A program made the translations under genes and the position numbers. Under the pieces are notes generated by a model that was given only the letters and a program-made list of their open reading frames with translations, did no database searches and was not told the DNA's origin. Positions 18,281-28,478 of a stretch of 64,000 bases of DNA are shown here, piece by piece; the first letter of the stretch is position 1; each line of letters starts with the position of its first letter. The stretch is taken from NCBI GenBank assembly GCA_017619675.1, contig JAFZRX010000006.1:2616-66615 (forward strand), read 5' to 3'. The stretch comes from Bacteroidales bacterium. Lineage in GTDB: Bacteria; Bacteroidota; Bacteroidia; Bacteroidales; UBA932.

Positions 18281-20251
18281 TTATTCCTGTGAAGGGTTAG
18301 GGGTCAAGCCGTTGGCTAAATGATTACTGATGGCGCCGTAGTAGTCCAACGGATCCGTGTTCAGACCGCTGCTTGAAAACTGAATGTCTCCATGATAAAC
18401 ATTTGCTCGGGCAAAGATATATTTTGGCGTTTCTCCACGAAGGTCAAGCAAAGGCAACAGAGTGTGCTTTCTGTACTGCGCTCCACCTCTTGAATTGAGA
18501 TATTCGCGTCTGCGGTAGAGAGTGTAACTCTCGTGGCCTTCCATAACGAACTCGACTTTGCGTTCGTGGCATACGTTTTCTACGGTAAGTTCAATGTCAT
18601 CGGTAAATGCCGCTCTATGACGGATGTCGTTGAGATATTGCTTTGCCTTGGCCGCATTACCCTGACCGCTTTCGGCTACCGCCTCGGCATAGTTCAGGAG
18701 AATCTCGGCATAACGTATGTCGCACCATGGATTTATTGAATACTGTACAGTCTTGTCAGGGACAAGGAATTTCCTTGGGCCGAAACAGGTGTTCCAGAAC
18801 TCGCAGCTGTTGGCGCTGCTGCTCTTATCACCCATGTTGACGAAAGCGGACACATTTGATGACAGGAATTTAGGATTGGTATTCCCTTCCGAGAGAATGC
18901 TCGATCCTCCAAGAGCGAAATACCTGACATTTCCCACGTCGCACTGCAGATCTTCATAGAAAGAGGATGTCCCATCCGGCTTGATGAAACCAGCCTGGGC
19001 TCCGATTGTCACGCCTCTGAAACTACATCCGGGATATAGTACCCATGCCTGGAAACGCGCGTCCTTGTTGAGGAACGGCTCTGCAGGGTTGTCGTACTTG
19101 ATAAAGTCTATGTTCGGGTCGAATGTCGATGCTGCAATGCCTATCTGTGAGAAAAACTCGTACTCATTGCCGTCATTTCTAGTCTTGACCGTTCCGTCTA
19201 CCCTTCCTCCATTGGCATCGTAGTCATCGTAAAGATCCACCAGGTCAACAGTGAGTGACATGTTGCCCCATCCCTGGGAAGTCATGATTCCGTGAGCCTG
19301 GTTAGGGGAATTGTTGATGTCAAAGTTGTGGGTTGCGGTCTGTATACCTGTATCGTAGCTCTTTCCGAAAATGAACTCGCAGTCCTGACGCTCAAGGAAA
19401 AGATTTGTGAGGTTCTCCTTTGCCTTTGCCCTGTCAGCCGTAGCACCGCCGTAAAGCCAGAACTTACCGGAGTTGATGATCGCCTCGGAAGCTTCAATGC
19501 ACTTCCTGTAGTATTCATTGGCATAGGACGCCTCCATATATGCGAGCTTCTCCTTGACTGCTTTATACTCGCTTGGAATAGCCTCGCGGTTCCAGTATTT
19601 GCTGACAGATGCCGCGTAAAGGGCCACGCGGGACTGGAGGCCGAGTGCGGACCACTTGGTGGCACGGTATTTACCATCAGTCCTGTTTTCAGGAAGGAGA
19701 TCGATGGCCCTGTCAAGCTCTGAGATGACAAAATCCCAGGTCTCCTTTTCGGTACTGCGCGGAACGTAGAGACCGGCGTTCTCCTTACCGTCATAATAAT
19801 CGTCCAGAGGCTCAGTCACGATAGGGACACCGCCATAGCGTCTTACCATTCCAAAGTAACAGTATGCACGGGCGAAGATAGCCTCACCCAGCATTTCATC
19901 GTGATCGTTCTGGCTGATGATATTCTTGTCTAACGCCTGATCAAGCAACTTGATGAAATTGTTGATTGAACGCATCTTGGTATAGTTCCAGAAGCCTGAG
20001 ACATTTATAGAATAATCGGCAGCTCTGGAACTGGTTGCCAGGAGAGTGGTCTTCTCTTTTGTGTTGAACGCATCCATCGGAATGGAATTGTAGACGTCAG
20101 AGAGAATCCTCTCCAAACCTGCCTGGCTGGATACCATATCCTCGCCTGACATCTTGGTCAAATCGCCCTCGACACTGTCGAAAAGTTTGTCGCAGGAGCA
20201 AAGGCTCAAACCGAGGACTATTGCTAATGTATATTTGAAAAACTTTTTCAT
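18281..20251 (-). CDS. SusD/RagB family nutrient-binding outer-membrane lipoprotein
   Basis: 656 aa with lipobox LGLSLCSC. TPR-like SusD hallmarks (FARAYCYFGMVRRYGGVPI, RYAEILLNYAEA). It lies directly downstream of the SusC-like gene. Confidence 0.85.
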   Translation of the reverse strand: MKKFFKYTLAIVLGLSLCSCDKLFDSVEGDLTKMSGEDMVSSQAGLERILSDVYNSIPMDAFNTKEKTTLLATSSRAADYSINVSGFWNYTKMRSINNFIKLLDQALDKNIISQNDHDEMLGEAIFARAYCYFGMVRRYGGVPIVTEPLDDYYDGKENAGLYVPRSTEKETWDFVISELDRAIDLLPENRTDGKYRATKWSALGLQSRVALYAASVSKYWNREAIPSEYKAVKEKLAYMEASYANEYYRKCIEASEAIINSGKFWLYGGATADRAKAKENLTNLFLERQDCEFIFGKSYDTGIQTATHNFDINNSPNQAHGIMTSQGWGNMSLTVDLVDLYDDYDANGGRVDGTVKTRNDGNEYEFFSQIGIAASTFDPNIDFIKYDNPAEPFLNKDARFQAWVLYPGCSFRGVTIGAQAGFIKPDGTSSFYEDLQCDVGNVRYFALGGSSILSEGNTNPKFLSSNVSAFVNMGDKSSSANSCEFWNTCFGPRKFLVPDKTVQYSINPWCDIRYAEILLNYAEAVAESGQGNAAKAKQYLNDIRHRAAFTDDIELTVENVCHERKVEFVMEGHESYTLYRRREYLNSRGGAQYRKHTLLPLLDLRGETPKYIFARANVYHGDIQFSSSGLNTDPLDYYGAISNHLANGLTPNPSQE

Positions 20252-20263
20252 CTCTCAATTAGT

Positions 20264-23200
20264 TTAGAAGCTTATGCTGGTTCCTATTACGAATGTCTTG
20301 AGAAGAGGCGCTCCGCTGGCTCCACGGTAAGCGTTCTGGTTTGCTTCCGGATCCCACTGCTTTATGATAGGGTCACAGAATGTGAGCAGGTTGGTTCCGC
20401 TGCCGTACACACGCATGTTCTTGATATGGATCTTGCTGAGAAGTGACTTAGGAAGGGTGTAACCAATCTCAAGGCTCTTCATACGGAGGTATTTTCCGTC
20501 GATCCATGTATATGGCTGAGAGTAACGGTATGTACCGTTGGAAGTCTTGTCGTTATACTTGGTGGCCGGTGCAAGTGCAGGCCAGTAACCCGGAACCCAT
20601 ACTGAGTTAGGGTCACGGGGATCCGTGTAGCCGTCAGCAAGGGTGTAATGGTCCATATGGTAGGTGTAGAACGTTTTGTAATAACCATATCCCATACCTC
20701 CAGACAAAGCCATTTCCTTATGGCAAAGGGCTGCGCCGTTGAAAGTGGCGCTGAGGTCGAAGTTCTTGTACTCGAGGAAGAGCATGAAGCCGAACTGGAG
20801 CGGCGGATTGCCTTCCTTCCAGGAGTAATACTGGTCGGCTGAAGTGATGACTCCGTCACCGTTGCGGTCATCGATCTTGTACATGCCAGGGATGATGTTG
20901 GTCTGGTTTGCATACTTCTTACTGCTGTTCCTTTCGTAAACAACAGGGTAGTCATATATCTCATAGAGACTGTTGAACTGGCCGTGGCCGTTCCATTCGT
21001 AGTATGCTCCATCCAGAGCGTTGTCCCATCTGCCTTCAGTATGGTTTAAGTAGTAATCCTTTGAAGAGCTGTAGATTGCACTCCTTTCTGCCTCGATGTA
21101 AGAAGGGCGCTTTCTTGTGAATGTGGCTGTAGCTGTGATGCGGTAGTTGAAGTCATTGAATCTCATTCTGTGTGAGAGTTCGAGGTCGATACCCACGTTC
21201 TCAGTGGCATTGAGGTTCATATAAGGAAGAGTGATACCGTACATGTCAGGAACGGTGTTGGAGTAGCGTGCCTGCTGGCCGGTGACTTCTCTCCAGAACC
21301 AGTCCACAGAACCGCCGATGATACCTTTGTTGTACTCCCAGTCGAAACCGAAGTCACGCATATATGTCTTGGTCCACGAGAGGAGGGTCTCTGCCGTCTG
21401 TGTGCTGCTATAGCCCATAACCTGAGAGCCGTCATCGAACACGTAGTTGGTTCCGGTCTGAGAGTAACCTAGCAGGTACTGATATGCTGATCCCTGGTTA
21501 CCTCCTGAGATACCGTCTGACCAGCGGAGCTTGAAGCTGTTGACCTTAGGGAAGAGTCTCTTGAAGAACTCCTCCTCGGACACTCTCCAGGCGATTGAGT
21601 ATGAAGGGAGGAATGCCCAGCGGTAGCCGGGAGCGTAAAAATATGAGCCGTCATATCTGGCCATTGCCTCGATGATGTACTTGCCGTCATACTCGTAGTT
21701 GACACGCCCGATGTATCCGGCCTTGGCGTTGCTGCTTCTGGTGCCGCTGTTCGTGGCGGTCGACGAGTCACCCTGGTTGATTATGTCATGGGTGTAGAAA
21801 TCTCCGAAATTACGCTTGGCCCCGATGCTGGTTGTCCATGCGAGGGTGGCTTCGGTAGCTACCATCGCGCCAACTGTATGCCTGCCGAACGTGTTGGAGT
21901 AGTTAGCCTGAAGCTTACCGTAAAGAGTCTGCCTCCTGTCCCAGGCTTCCTCATATGAGTTTACGTCCTTATTGTCTGACACGTGCTCGTCTGTCCAAGG
22001 GTCATAGAGAGGATACGTCAACATAAGCACCCTGGTCTGACGTGTCTGGAAGTCGTATGACATCTGCCCCTGGAACTTCAAACCCTTGAGGAACGGCGCA
22101 GTGTAAGTTGCGTTGAGGTTATTGGTAAATGATGACTGTTGAGTTATGTCATAACCGGATTCACCTTTTAGGGCTGCGATCGGGTTTCGTCCTTCCGTAC
22201 CGGGGTTGTCGGTCCAGTGGGTAGGGTCAGCATAAGTTACCCACGGATAGTAACGTTCAGCTGAGAGACCCTTCTGGAAGAAGTTCTGATTAGTATTCTC
22301 AGGGTAGCCTGTACGGGTGTTCCAACTTAATTGTGACTGATAGACAACCTTGAGATTCTTGGTGACGTTGGTGGTAACGTTACCCTGGAAGCTGACACTC
22401 TTGTAATTGAGCTGAGGTCCGTTGAGGATACCGTTGTCGGTGTTGAGGGAACCGCTCAGGTAGTACTGGGTCTGGTTGCTTCCTCCGTTCACCGACACCT
22501 GGTGGTTCTGCTGGAATGAATACTTTCTGTAAAACTCGGAGTACCACTTGTAATCGCCATAACCCTCATCTCCGTTGATGTAATGGTTGATGAGATCAAT
22601 TGGGTAGGTATTCGGTTTGCCCACGTTTGCATCCATTTCGTTGCGTATATTCAGCCAGGTAAGGATATCCACTTCCTCGGGAAGTGCGGTAGGGACACCG
22701 AATGAAAACCTGTTGGAATATTTAACGGACGGAGCACCGACGGTACCCTGCTTTGTGGTAACCAGGATTACACCGTTTTCGGCACCCATTCCGTAAATAG
22801 CCGCAGAAGCATCCTTGAGCACTGAGATGCTTTCGATATCCTCAGGATTGAGCTGGGCCAGAACAGCGGAACTACTTTCTGAATATCTGCTGTTAAGGTC
22901 CTGCCTGCGGCGGACAGTTGTCCTTACCATACCGTCAACAACGACGATAGGCTCACCGAAGCCGCGGATCTTGAGGTCGGTGTTGAAGTCACCGAGGTCG
23001 CCTGATTTCTGACGGATAAGGAGTCCTGGGACTTTTCCCTGGAGGGAAGCGAGAACGTCACTCTGCTTTGTTGCAGTGAGTTCCTCGCTGCGGATGTTAG
23101 AGATGGCACTCGTAAGAGATGCTTTCTTTTGAGTACCGTAACCCACTACGACGGTTTCTTCCAACTGTGTGACGTCTTCACGCATCGTAATGTTGAGAGT

Positions 23201-23473
23201 TGGCGCTGCGGTCACTTCCTGGGTTGCATATCCGATGGATGTGATTTCCAAGATGGAACCCGCAGGCACCACGAATGAGAAATTACCGTCAAGATCAGTA
23301 GTCACACCATTGGTCGTACCCTTGACCATGATGGCGGCGCCGATTACCGGCTGGCCGTCCTGGTCAACGATATTACCTTTAACTGAGACCTGATTCTGAC
23401 CGAAAACTACCGGCATGCTCAGAAGCATACCAAATAGGAGCGGCAGGAACCGCTTTTTCAGTAGTTTCTTCAT
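20264..23473 (-). CDS. SusC/RagA family TonB-dependent outer-membrane transporter
   Basis: The track ORF runs 20264-23485. The more likely start is MKKLLKKRFLPLLFGMLLSMPVVFGQ at 23473. It has a carboxypeptidase-regulatory-like N-terminal domain (VKGNIVDQDGQPVIGAAIMVKGT), a plug region (VVVGYGTQKK) and a C-terminal beta-barrel ending in F. Confidence 0.85.
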   Translation of the reverse strand: MKKLLKKRFLPLLFGMLLSMPVVFGQNQVSVKGNIVDQDGQPVIGAAIMVKGTTNGVTTDLDGNFSFVVPAGSILEITSIGYATQEVTAAPTLNITMREDVTQLEETVVVGYGTQKKASLTSAISNIRSEELTATKQSDVLASLQGKVPGLLIRQKSGDLGDFNTDLKIRGFGEPIVVVDGMVRTTVRRRQDLNSRYSESSSAVLAQLNPEDIESISVLKDASAAIYGMGAENGVILVTTKQGTVGAPSVKYSNRFSFGVPTALPEEVDILTWLNIRNEMDANVGKPNTYPIDLINHYINGDEGYGDYKWYSEFYRKYSFQQNHQVSVNGGSNQTQYYLSGSLNTDNGILNGPQLNYKSVSFQGNVTTNVTKNLKVVYQSQLSWNTRTGYPENTNQNFFQKGLSAERYYPWVTYADPTHWTDNPGTEGRNPIAALKGESGYDITQQSSFTNNLNATYTAPFLKGLKFQGQMSYDFQTRQTRVLMLTYPLYDPWTDEHVSDNKDVNSYEEAWDRRQTLYGKLQANYSNTFGRHTVGAMVATEATLAWTTSIGAKRNFGDFYTHDIINQGDSSTATNSGTRSSNAKAGYIGRVNYEYDGKYIIEAMARYDGSYFYAPGYRWAFLPSYSIAWRVSEEEFFKRLFPKVNSFKLRWSDGISGGNQGSAYQYLLGYSQTGTNYVFDDGSQVMGYSSTQTAETLLSWTKTYMRDFGFDWEYNKGIIGGSVDWFWREVTGQQARYSNTVPDMYGITLPYMNLNATENVGIDLELSHRMRFNDFNYRITATATFTRKRPSYIEAERSAIYSSSKDYYLNHTEGRWDNALDGAYYEWNGHGQFNSLYEIYDYPVVYERNSSKKYANQTNIIPGMYKIDDRNGDGVITSADQYYSWKEGNPPLQFGFMLFLEYKNFDLSATFNGAALCHKEMALSGGMGYGYYKTFYTYHMDHYTLADGYTDPRDPNSVWVPGYWPALAPATKYNDKTSNGTYRYSQPYTWIDGKYLRMKSLEIGYTLPKSLLSKIHIKNMRVYGSGTNLLTFCDPIIKQWDPEANQNAYRGASGAPLLKTFVIGTSISF

Positions 23474-23545
23474 ACAATCATTCATTAATGGTTAGAATTA
23501 TATAAAATTGGTTATCAGTAATTGATGCTTATGTAAAAATTTTAA

Positions 23546-23553
23546 CAAAAATA
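23546..23553 (-). promoter_or_regulatory. Candidate -7 promoter box (TAnnTTTG) for the SusC/SusD operon
   Basis: The minus-strand reading TATTTTTG (plus strand caaaaata at 23546-23553) lies in the 250-bp AT-rich intergenic region, about 73 nt upstream of the 23473 start. Confidence 0.35.
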
Positions 23554-23736
23554 TTAATTATTCTCCAATTTTCATCAGATAATGTCAAGTTTTTGTCGAA
23601 AAAAATCAATTTTTTATCAATTACTCTCTTTTGCTTCTTAGCAGATCGACTGTAATTCTATAGTTTATATATTGTTATAAAATTAAACCAGGGGCCACAG
23701 GCTCCTGGTCATAACGGCTCAAATATGAAATCAGTT

Positions 23737-25614
23737 TTATTTCTTTTTCAGAAGGATGCATGCTCCGCCTCCCGGGGCCATAACCAACCGCAGCGTGGTT
23801 GTATTCGTTACTTCCATGGTCTCGCTGTGGGTGGATTCGCGGTTGGTCCTGTAGTCTGCGCTGGCGCCGTCGGTATTGACCGTAGCGATCCATTTTCCCT
23901 TGGGAAGGAACGAAAGCGGGATGGAGATAGCGCGCGATGTTTCATCGGTTGCGGCGGCCACGAGGAAGTCGCCGTCGGCATTCTGACGCATCATCACTAT
24001 GTACTCCCCTATCTCTCCGGCCAGGGTGCGGCTTTCGCGCCAGGGCTGCTTTTCGGCAGAGAGGAATTCAAGGAGATCAGGGTACTTGTGGTAGTACTCA
24101 GGGATGTCGGGGATTACGGTGGCGCCGGACCAGGTTATCATGGTGCGGGCGATCTCCGCAGTTGCGGTTGAAGGCACCTCCTGGCTGTTATCCTTGCGGG
24201 TAGTCCTGCCCTGGTGGAGCTCCATGAAACCGTTGTTCATGTCCAGAGGGCCGGCTATCATATTGACGTAAACTGACGTTACGAAGGTCTTGGGCTGGAA
24301 TATCTGCTTTCCGTCCAGCTGCGCCTTGCAGTACTCGCGGGTAACCGCGTTGGGCCAGGTGCGCATCTGCCCGAAAGGATGCACAGGATAGTCGTGATAG
24401 TCAACGAGCAGGTGATGCTTGGCGCAGAGCGCCGTTATCATCTGCGTGTTGCGGTTCTTCTCAAGCGGTGTGCCGTTCATGAATCCATACTTGACTCCTG
24501 CGGCTCCCCACTGCTCGTACTGGGCGAGGGTTTCCTCAATGGGGTAACGCCTGCCAGCTACGTCGTTCAGGTAGAGCCATACGCCCACTCCCCTTTCCTG
24601 TCCGTACTTGATGATACGCTGCACGTCCTTAGCCTTGTCTCCGTTTACAGGGTCCGAACTGGCCGCGAACTCAGGTCCGTACCAGTTTGCGTCAAGCACA
24701 AGATGACTGAAGCCCTGCTCGGCGGCAAAGTCAATCATACGGGTCCAGGAATCATAGTTCATGCCGTAGTGGTATCCTTCCCATACGGCGCCGTCTATAC
24801 GCCAGTCCCAAAGGGCAACGCCTGGCTTAACCCAGCTGAAATCTCCATCCGGCTCCGGATTCAGGAGTTCGATAAGATGGGAATCCACCAAACCTCCCGG
24901 AGCGTCAGCACACATTATGACGCGCCAGGCGGAGGTATATGGCGCCTGGGCGTCAATCTTCTCCGGGATGACCTCAAATGCCGTAGAACCCGTCTTAGAG
25001 CGAAGTCTCATGGGCCAGCAGTCAGTACCAAGGCAAGCCTCATGAATGGCCAGATATCTGCTGTCTGAGGCCTTTACGGTCATTACAGGAAGGCGTTCGC
25101 CGTCCGAGTCTGTCAATTTCTCAGGTCCAATGTTGTGCCTTTCTCCGTTATAGAACCAGGCGGTGTAGTCCCCGGCAAAGTTGAACTGGGTCTTTTCGCT
25201 CATTTCTCCGGTTGGGAGGCCTGTGAAGCGGAAGGCGGCGCCGTCGTCATAGACGCGCACCTGGAGCGTACAGGCGCCCAGGCCGCTGAAGGAAACGTTG
25301 AAGTCCTGTCCGTTGTATCGGTCCGGAACCTCGGAGCGCTTGCCCCAAAGGGGCTTCCATTCCTGCCTAACGCGTATCCTGCCGCCTTTGGCGGTGAGGG
25401 CTTCGGCCTTTGGCGCTATTCCTTCAGAGGTGGAATAGCCTATCTCAGACCAGCCTATGGTCAGTTCCCCGTTCCTGGTGAGGCTGTACCTGAGGCTGCC
25501 GTCGGAAGCCATCTCAAGGGAAAAGACTGTCTTGCGGTCCGGTGACTTGACCTTGAATGCTCCGGCGTTGACGCTGAAGGCCAATGCCAGGAGAAGAATC
25601 AGAATTTTTATCAT
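23737..25614 (-). CDS. Glycoside hydrolase family 97-like enzyme
   Basis: The track ORF extends to 25662. The likely start is MIKILILLLALAFSVNAGA at 25614. The N-terminal pattern VKSPDRKTVFSLEMASDGSLRYSLTRNGELTI and the catalytic region GVKYGFMN...LLVDYHDYPVHPFGQMRTWPNAVTREY resemble GH97 (DFHG..KPTG..RTYPN). Confidence 0.6.
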   Translation of the reverse strand: MIKILILLLALAFSVNAGAFKVKSPDRKTVFSLEMASDGSLRYSLTRNGELTIGWSEIGYSTSEGIAPKAEALTAKGGRIRVRQEWKPLWGKRSEVPDRYNGQDFNVSFSGLGACTLQVRVYDDGAAFRFTGLPTGEMSEKTQFNFAGDYTAWFYNGERHNIGPEKLTDSDGERLPVMTVKASDSRYLAIHEACLGTDCWPMRLRSKTGSTAFEVIPEKIDAQAPYTSAWRVIMCADAPGGLVDSHLIELLNPEPDGDFSWVKPGVALWDWRIDGAVWEGYHYGMNYDSWTRMIDFAAEQGFSHLVLDANWYGPEFAASSDPVNGDKAKDVQRIIKYGQERGVGVWLYLNDVAGRRYPIEETLAQYEQWGAAGVKYGFMNGTPLEKNRNTQMITALCAKHHLLVDYHDYPVHPFGQMRTWPNAVTREYCKAQLDGKQIFQPKTFVTSVYVNMIAGPLDMNNGFMELHQGRTTRKDNSQEVPSTATAEIARTMITWSGATVIPDIPEYYHKYPDLLEFLSAEKQPWRESRTLAGEIGEYIVMMRQNADGDFLVAAATDETSRAISIPLSFLPKGKWIATVNTDGASADYRTNRESTHSETMEVTNTTTLRLVMAPGGGACILLKKK

Positions 25615-25633
25615 ATAGCTGAAGATCTGTATG

Positions 25634-27295
25634 TCATTTGGAAGTAATGGCACCGCTTGCACTCTGCGGCGCTCCGGTTGTATCGAATCCTTCTACCACT
25701 ACCTTGAAATTGCCCTGGTATGACGGAAGCACATATTCCAGCGTCCTGGTCTCTCCCGGGGCCAGTTCGATAAGAGGATGCCACAGGATTGTCTGACGCA
25801 GGTCAGGGACTTCGCCTGAAGTGTCCGGAAGCCATGATACCACTGGATAGCTTACACCCTGGAAATCTACCACACGGGTATTGTCAGGGAATGGATATGA
25901 AGGGAGGTCCCCTCTGTATGTGACAAAATTGATGACACCCGGATAAGTACGGCTGCCTATCAGATAGGAGTTGGGATATATGACAATCTTCTCAACAAGG
26001 AGCGGGTCATAATCAAAGATAAGGTTGTGGTCCGATACGGGGACTCCGTCAATCAGCGCCAGGCAGGTCTGCTGCGTCAATCCAATCAGGCGGAAGTCAT
26101 CCTTCAGGGCTACGTACAGAGCCTTGTTCTGAGGGGACCTGCGGAAGCCTATCTCGTTGATATACTCTATGAAAAGCTCCTCCATGAGAGGGAAACGGGT
26201 ATAGTCGTCCAGGATATATACCACGGAATCCGAGCAGAACAGAGGCTCTTCAGGATGCGGCAGGACCATGTACAGGGAATCCGAATTGGCGGCTCGCTGC
26301 ACCTGCATTGAAAGACTTCTCTGCAATATCCTGTCCTGCATTGAAGAAGACATGGGCAGGGCCGGGATTTCAGGGTCCTTCACGCCTTCGAAAGGAGAAA
26401 CAATCTCAAGATGGGCGTCCAGCGCAGTCTTCCCGGCATCAAGGACAAGGTTGGTCCGGCCATAAATATTCTTGGTATAGAACGTAGCCGTCCCATCCGG
26501 CTCAATAATGGAAGAATAGAGGTCTGTGATACGCCCCGGAACGGAAAGGTATGCGATGCCTCCGTTGGCGGATGCAACGTCATCGGCAGAGCCAACCAGC
26601 CTTGTGCGTATGATCTCTCCCTCATAGTCCATCGGCCTGTTGTCATTGAAGTTGCGGCCCGATGTGGCGCCGGCGCGGAAAGAAACCGGGTTCACCGTGG
26701 CGGGTGAAGGGATACCGTCGTCATTGAAGACCGAAAGGCTGAGGGTGACGGCCTTGTCCGATGTGTTGGTGATTCTCAGCGGCCCCGAAGCGTCCAGCCT
26801 CACCCCGCCCGCGGCGGGATGCGGATTGCCGTCCTGAACCGAAAGGTAGTCTTCATCGGAAAGGATCTCCACTCCCGATGCCGACCTGGCTGTAGTGAAT
26901 GGATTGATTATGGAAATGGTGCGCGCACCCTCCAGGAAATTGTATCCTTCCTCGTTGAAGCATTGCGCGGTATAGGCTACCAGCCTGTAATTGCCCGTAG
27001 GGATAGTGTTCTGAAGTGAAATGACACCTCCTCCCCGGCCATCTTCCAAAGCCACCTTGGCGGTCTGGACAGGGCCTTCGTCTGAAACAATTTCTATATA
27101 TGCCGTGTTGCTGGCCGATGAGAAACCGCCATCCGTCATGTCAAGGCAGAAAGCGGAGAAAAACAGTTCGTCCCCGGCGACATACACGTCCCGGTCCGTG
27201 GATACGTAAACCCGCTCAGAAAGACGCTCCTGAGCTCCTGCCGGCAGGATAACGGCGGCAAGGACTGATAGGATTGATATGAAGGTCTTTCTCAT
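25634..27295 (-). CDS. Exported protein of unknown function (N-terminal macroglobulin/MG2-like beta-sandwich suspected)
   Basis: The track start at 27310 is TTG. The ATG at 27295 gives signal peptide MRKTFISILSVLAAVILPAGAQ. RVYVSTDRDVYVAGDELFFSAF resembles MG2-type domains. It is the third gene of the TBDR-DUF4249 operon. Confidence 0.45.
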   Translation of the reverse strand: MRKTFISILSVLAAVILPAGAQERLSERVYVSTDRDVYVAGDELFFSAFCLDMTDGGFSSASNTAYIEIVSDEGPVQTAKVALEDGRGGGVISLQNTIPTGNYRLVAYTAQCFNEEGYNFLEGARTISIINPFTTARSASGVEILSDEDYLSVQDGNPHPAAGGVRLDASGPLRITNTSDKAVTLSLSVFNDDGIPSPATVNPVSFRAGATSGRNFNDNRPMDYEGEIIRTRLVGSADDVASANGGIAYLSVPGRITDLYSSIIEPDGTATFYTKNIYGRTNLVLDAGKTALDAHLEIVSPFEGVKDPEIPALPMSSSMQDRILQRSLSMQVQRAANSDSLYMVLPHPEEPLFCSDSVVYILDDYTRFPLMEELFIEYINEIGFRRSPQNKALYVALKDDFRLIGLTQQTCLALIDGVPVSDHNLIFDYDPLLVEKIVIYPNSYLIGSRTYPGVINFVTYRGDLPSYPFPDNTRVVDFQGVSYPVVSWLPDTSGEVPDLRQTILWHPLIELAPGETRTLEYVLPSYQGNFKVVVEGFDTTGAPQSASGAITSK

Positions 27296-27299
27296 AAGG

Positions 27300-28478
27300 T
27301 CATAAATCAATTGGTGGCCAGTTGTCAGGTGCGTCGAACGTACCGCCTAGGAGCCTGCAGTCCACACAGGATGCAACTGCCCAATAAGTCTCGGACATGA
27401 CACCGGGAGTCACACAGGCATAAGGAAGATAATAGTTTTCGTAATACTCCACCCATTGGCCAGGTGAAAGGATCTCTTCCGGAGGAGTACGCTTGGGCTT
27501 GTAGAAATTCGCCTTCAGGTGCTGAACGACCAACTCCTTGCGGGCGATCTCCGCTACGTTGATATAGCCCATCACCATTTCATTCGGTTCCTGGACACAA
27601 TGTATGTTGCCCACCAGCTCACTAGGCGTGGGAGCGAAAAGGCTGCCGTTATATTCTGAATTTGACTTGATGTTCTCCCAATACAGATAGGCATCCTTGG
27701 TAATAGGTTCAAGATCCACCACAATCCTGTAGAGATAGGATATCCGGTTGTCATCCTGGTCTATGGGCAGGAATTCAAGGTCCACGAAACGGTCGTCAGT
27801 CTGACCCTCGGTGGAGAAGGTCATTATCCTTGATGAGACTGCATGCTTGTAGCAGGTAAAAGTGCTCTCGGGCCACTCCATGCGCGTGAGTGTAACTGAA
27901 GGATCTACCCTGTAACTGCCGGGGTTGTAGGTAGCCTTCAGTTCGGCATAATAGAGGGAATGGTATTCCCAGTCTTCCACGTAACTCCACTTGAAGAAAC
28001 TCTCTCCCAGGGAATGCATGCTCAGGGCTATGTTCAACTTGGCTTTCTCATAATTGAGGTTATAGGAAAGCGAGTCGATCACAGGCGCCTTGCATACGTG
28101 TCCCCAATCTGAGACATATTCCTTTCCAGATTCATTATCCAGGAAATGGAGGCGATACTCCTTTGACGAATCCGCGTAACGCGTATCTACGGTATAGGAT
28201 CCTGCTTTTGAAGGATCAGCAACACCGTTGATGACGGCGCCGGCATCGTTTTCAACCCATACCTTGCCAGCGGGAGGAGCCTCCGCGCCTTCAGGGAATG
28301 ACAAGGGTGCGGTACGGCTTATCTGGATTACGGATTCCTTTCCTATGAGGATATCACCTTCAATGACCAGCGCTCCGGATCCGTCTTCTGTTTCCGGAGT
28401 GAACGGATAGATGCAGGAGACAGCCGTCATTGCCGCGCACAGCAGTGCCAGGGCCATTATGTATATCTTCTTTCTCAT
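27300..28478 (-). CDS. DUF4249-like lipoprotein
   Basis: 392 aa with lipobox ALLCAAMTAVSC. Its start overlaps the TBDR stop (ATGA, 28475-28478). The pairing with a CarboxypepD_reg-type TonB receptor is the usual DUF4249 context. Confidence 0.5.
   Translation of the reverse strand: MRKKIYIMALALLCAAMTAVSCIYPFTPETEDGSGALVIEGDILIGKESVIQISRTAPLSFPEGAEAPPAGKVWVENDAGAVINGVADPSKAGSYTVDTRYADSSKEYRLHFLDNESGKEYVSDWGHVCKAPVIDSLSYNLNYEKAKLNIALSMHSLGESFFKWSYVEDWEYHSLYYAELKATYNPGSYRVDPSVTLTRMEWPESTFTCYKHAVSSRIMTFSTEGQTDDRFVDLEFLPIDQDDNRISYLYRIVVDLEPITKDAYLYWENIKSNSEYNGSLFAPTPSELVGNIHCVQEPNEMVMGYINVAEIARKELVVQHLKANFYKPKRTPPEEILSPGQWVEYYENYYLPYACVTPGVMSETYWAVASCVDCRLLGGTFDAPDNWPPIDL

Noticed and set aside
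23486-23736. 250-bp AT-rich intergenic region considered as a possible ncRNA, mobile-element scar or riboswitch
   Set aside because: No repeats, no stable conserved-looking structure and no ORF were seen. The composition and a TAnnTTTG match fit an ordinary PUL promoter/5'-UTR region.
24379-25068. 229-aa plus-strand ORF inside the GH97-like gene
   Set aside because: Antisense shadow. The minus-strand frame carries the family motifs.
25615-25662. ORF-track N-terminal extension of the GH97-like gene, overlapping the upstream gene
   Set aside because: The internal ATG at 25614 yields a canonical signal peptide (MIKILILLLALAFSVNAGA) and removes the overlap. The same logic was applied to 27296-27310 (TTG), 51763-51801 (TTG), 23474-23485, 31643-31696 and 16939-16944 (TTG).
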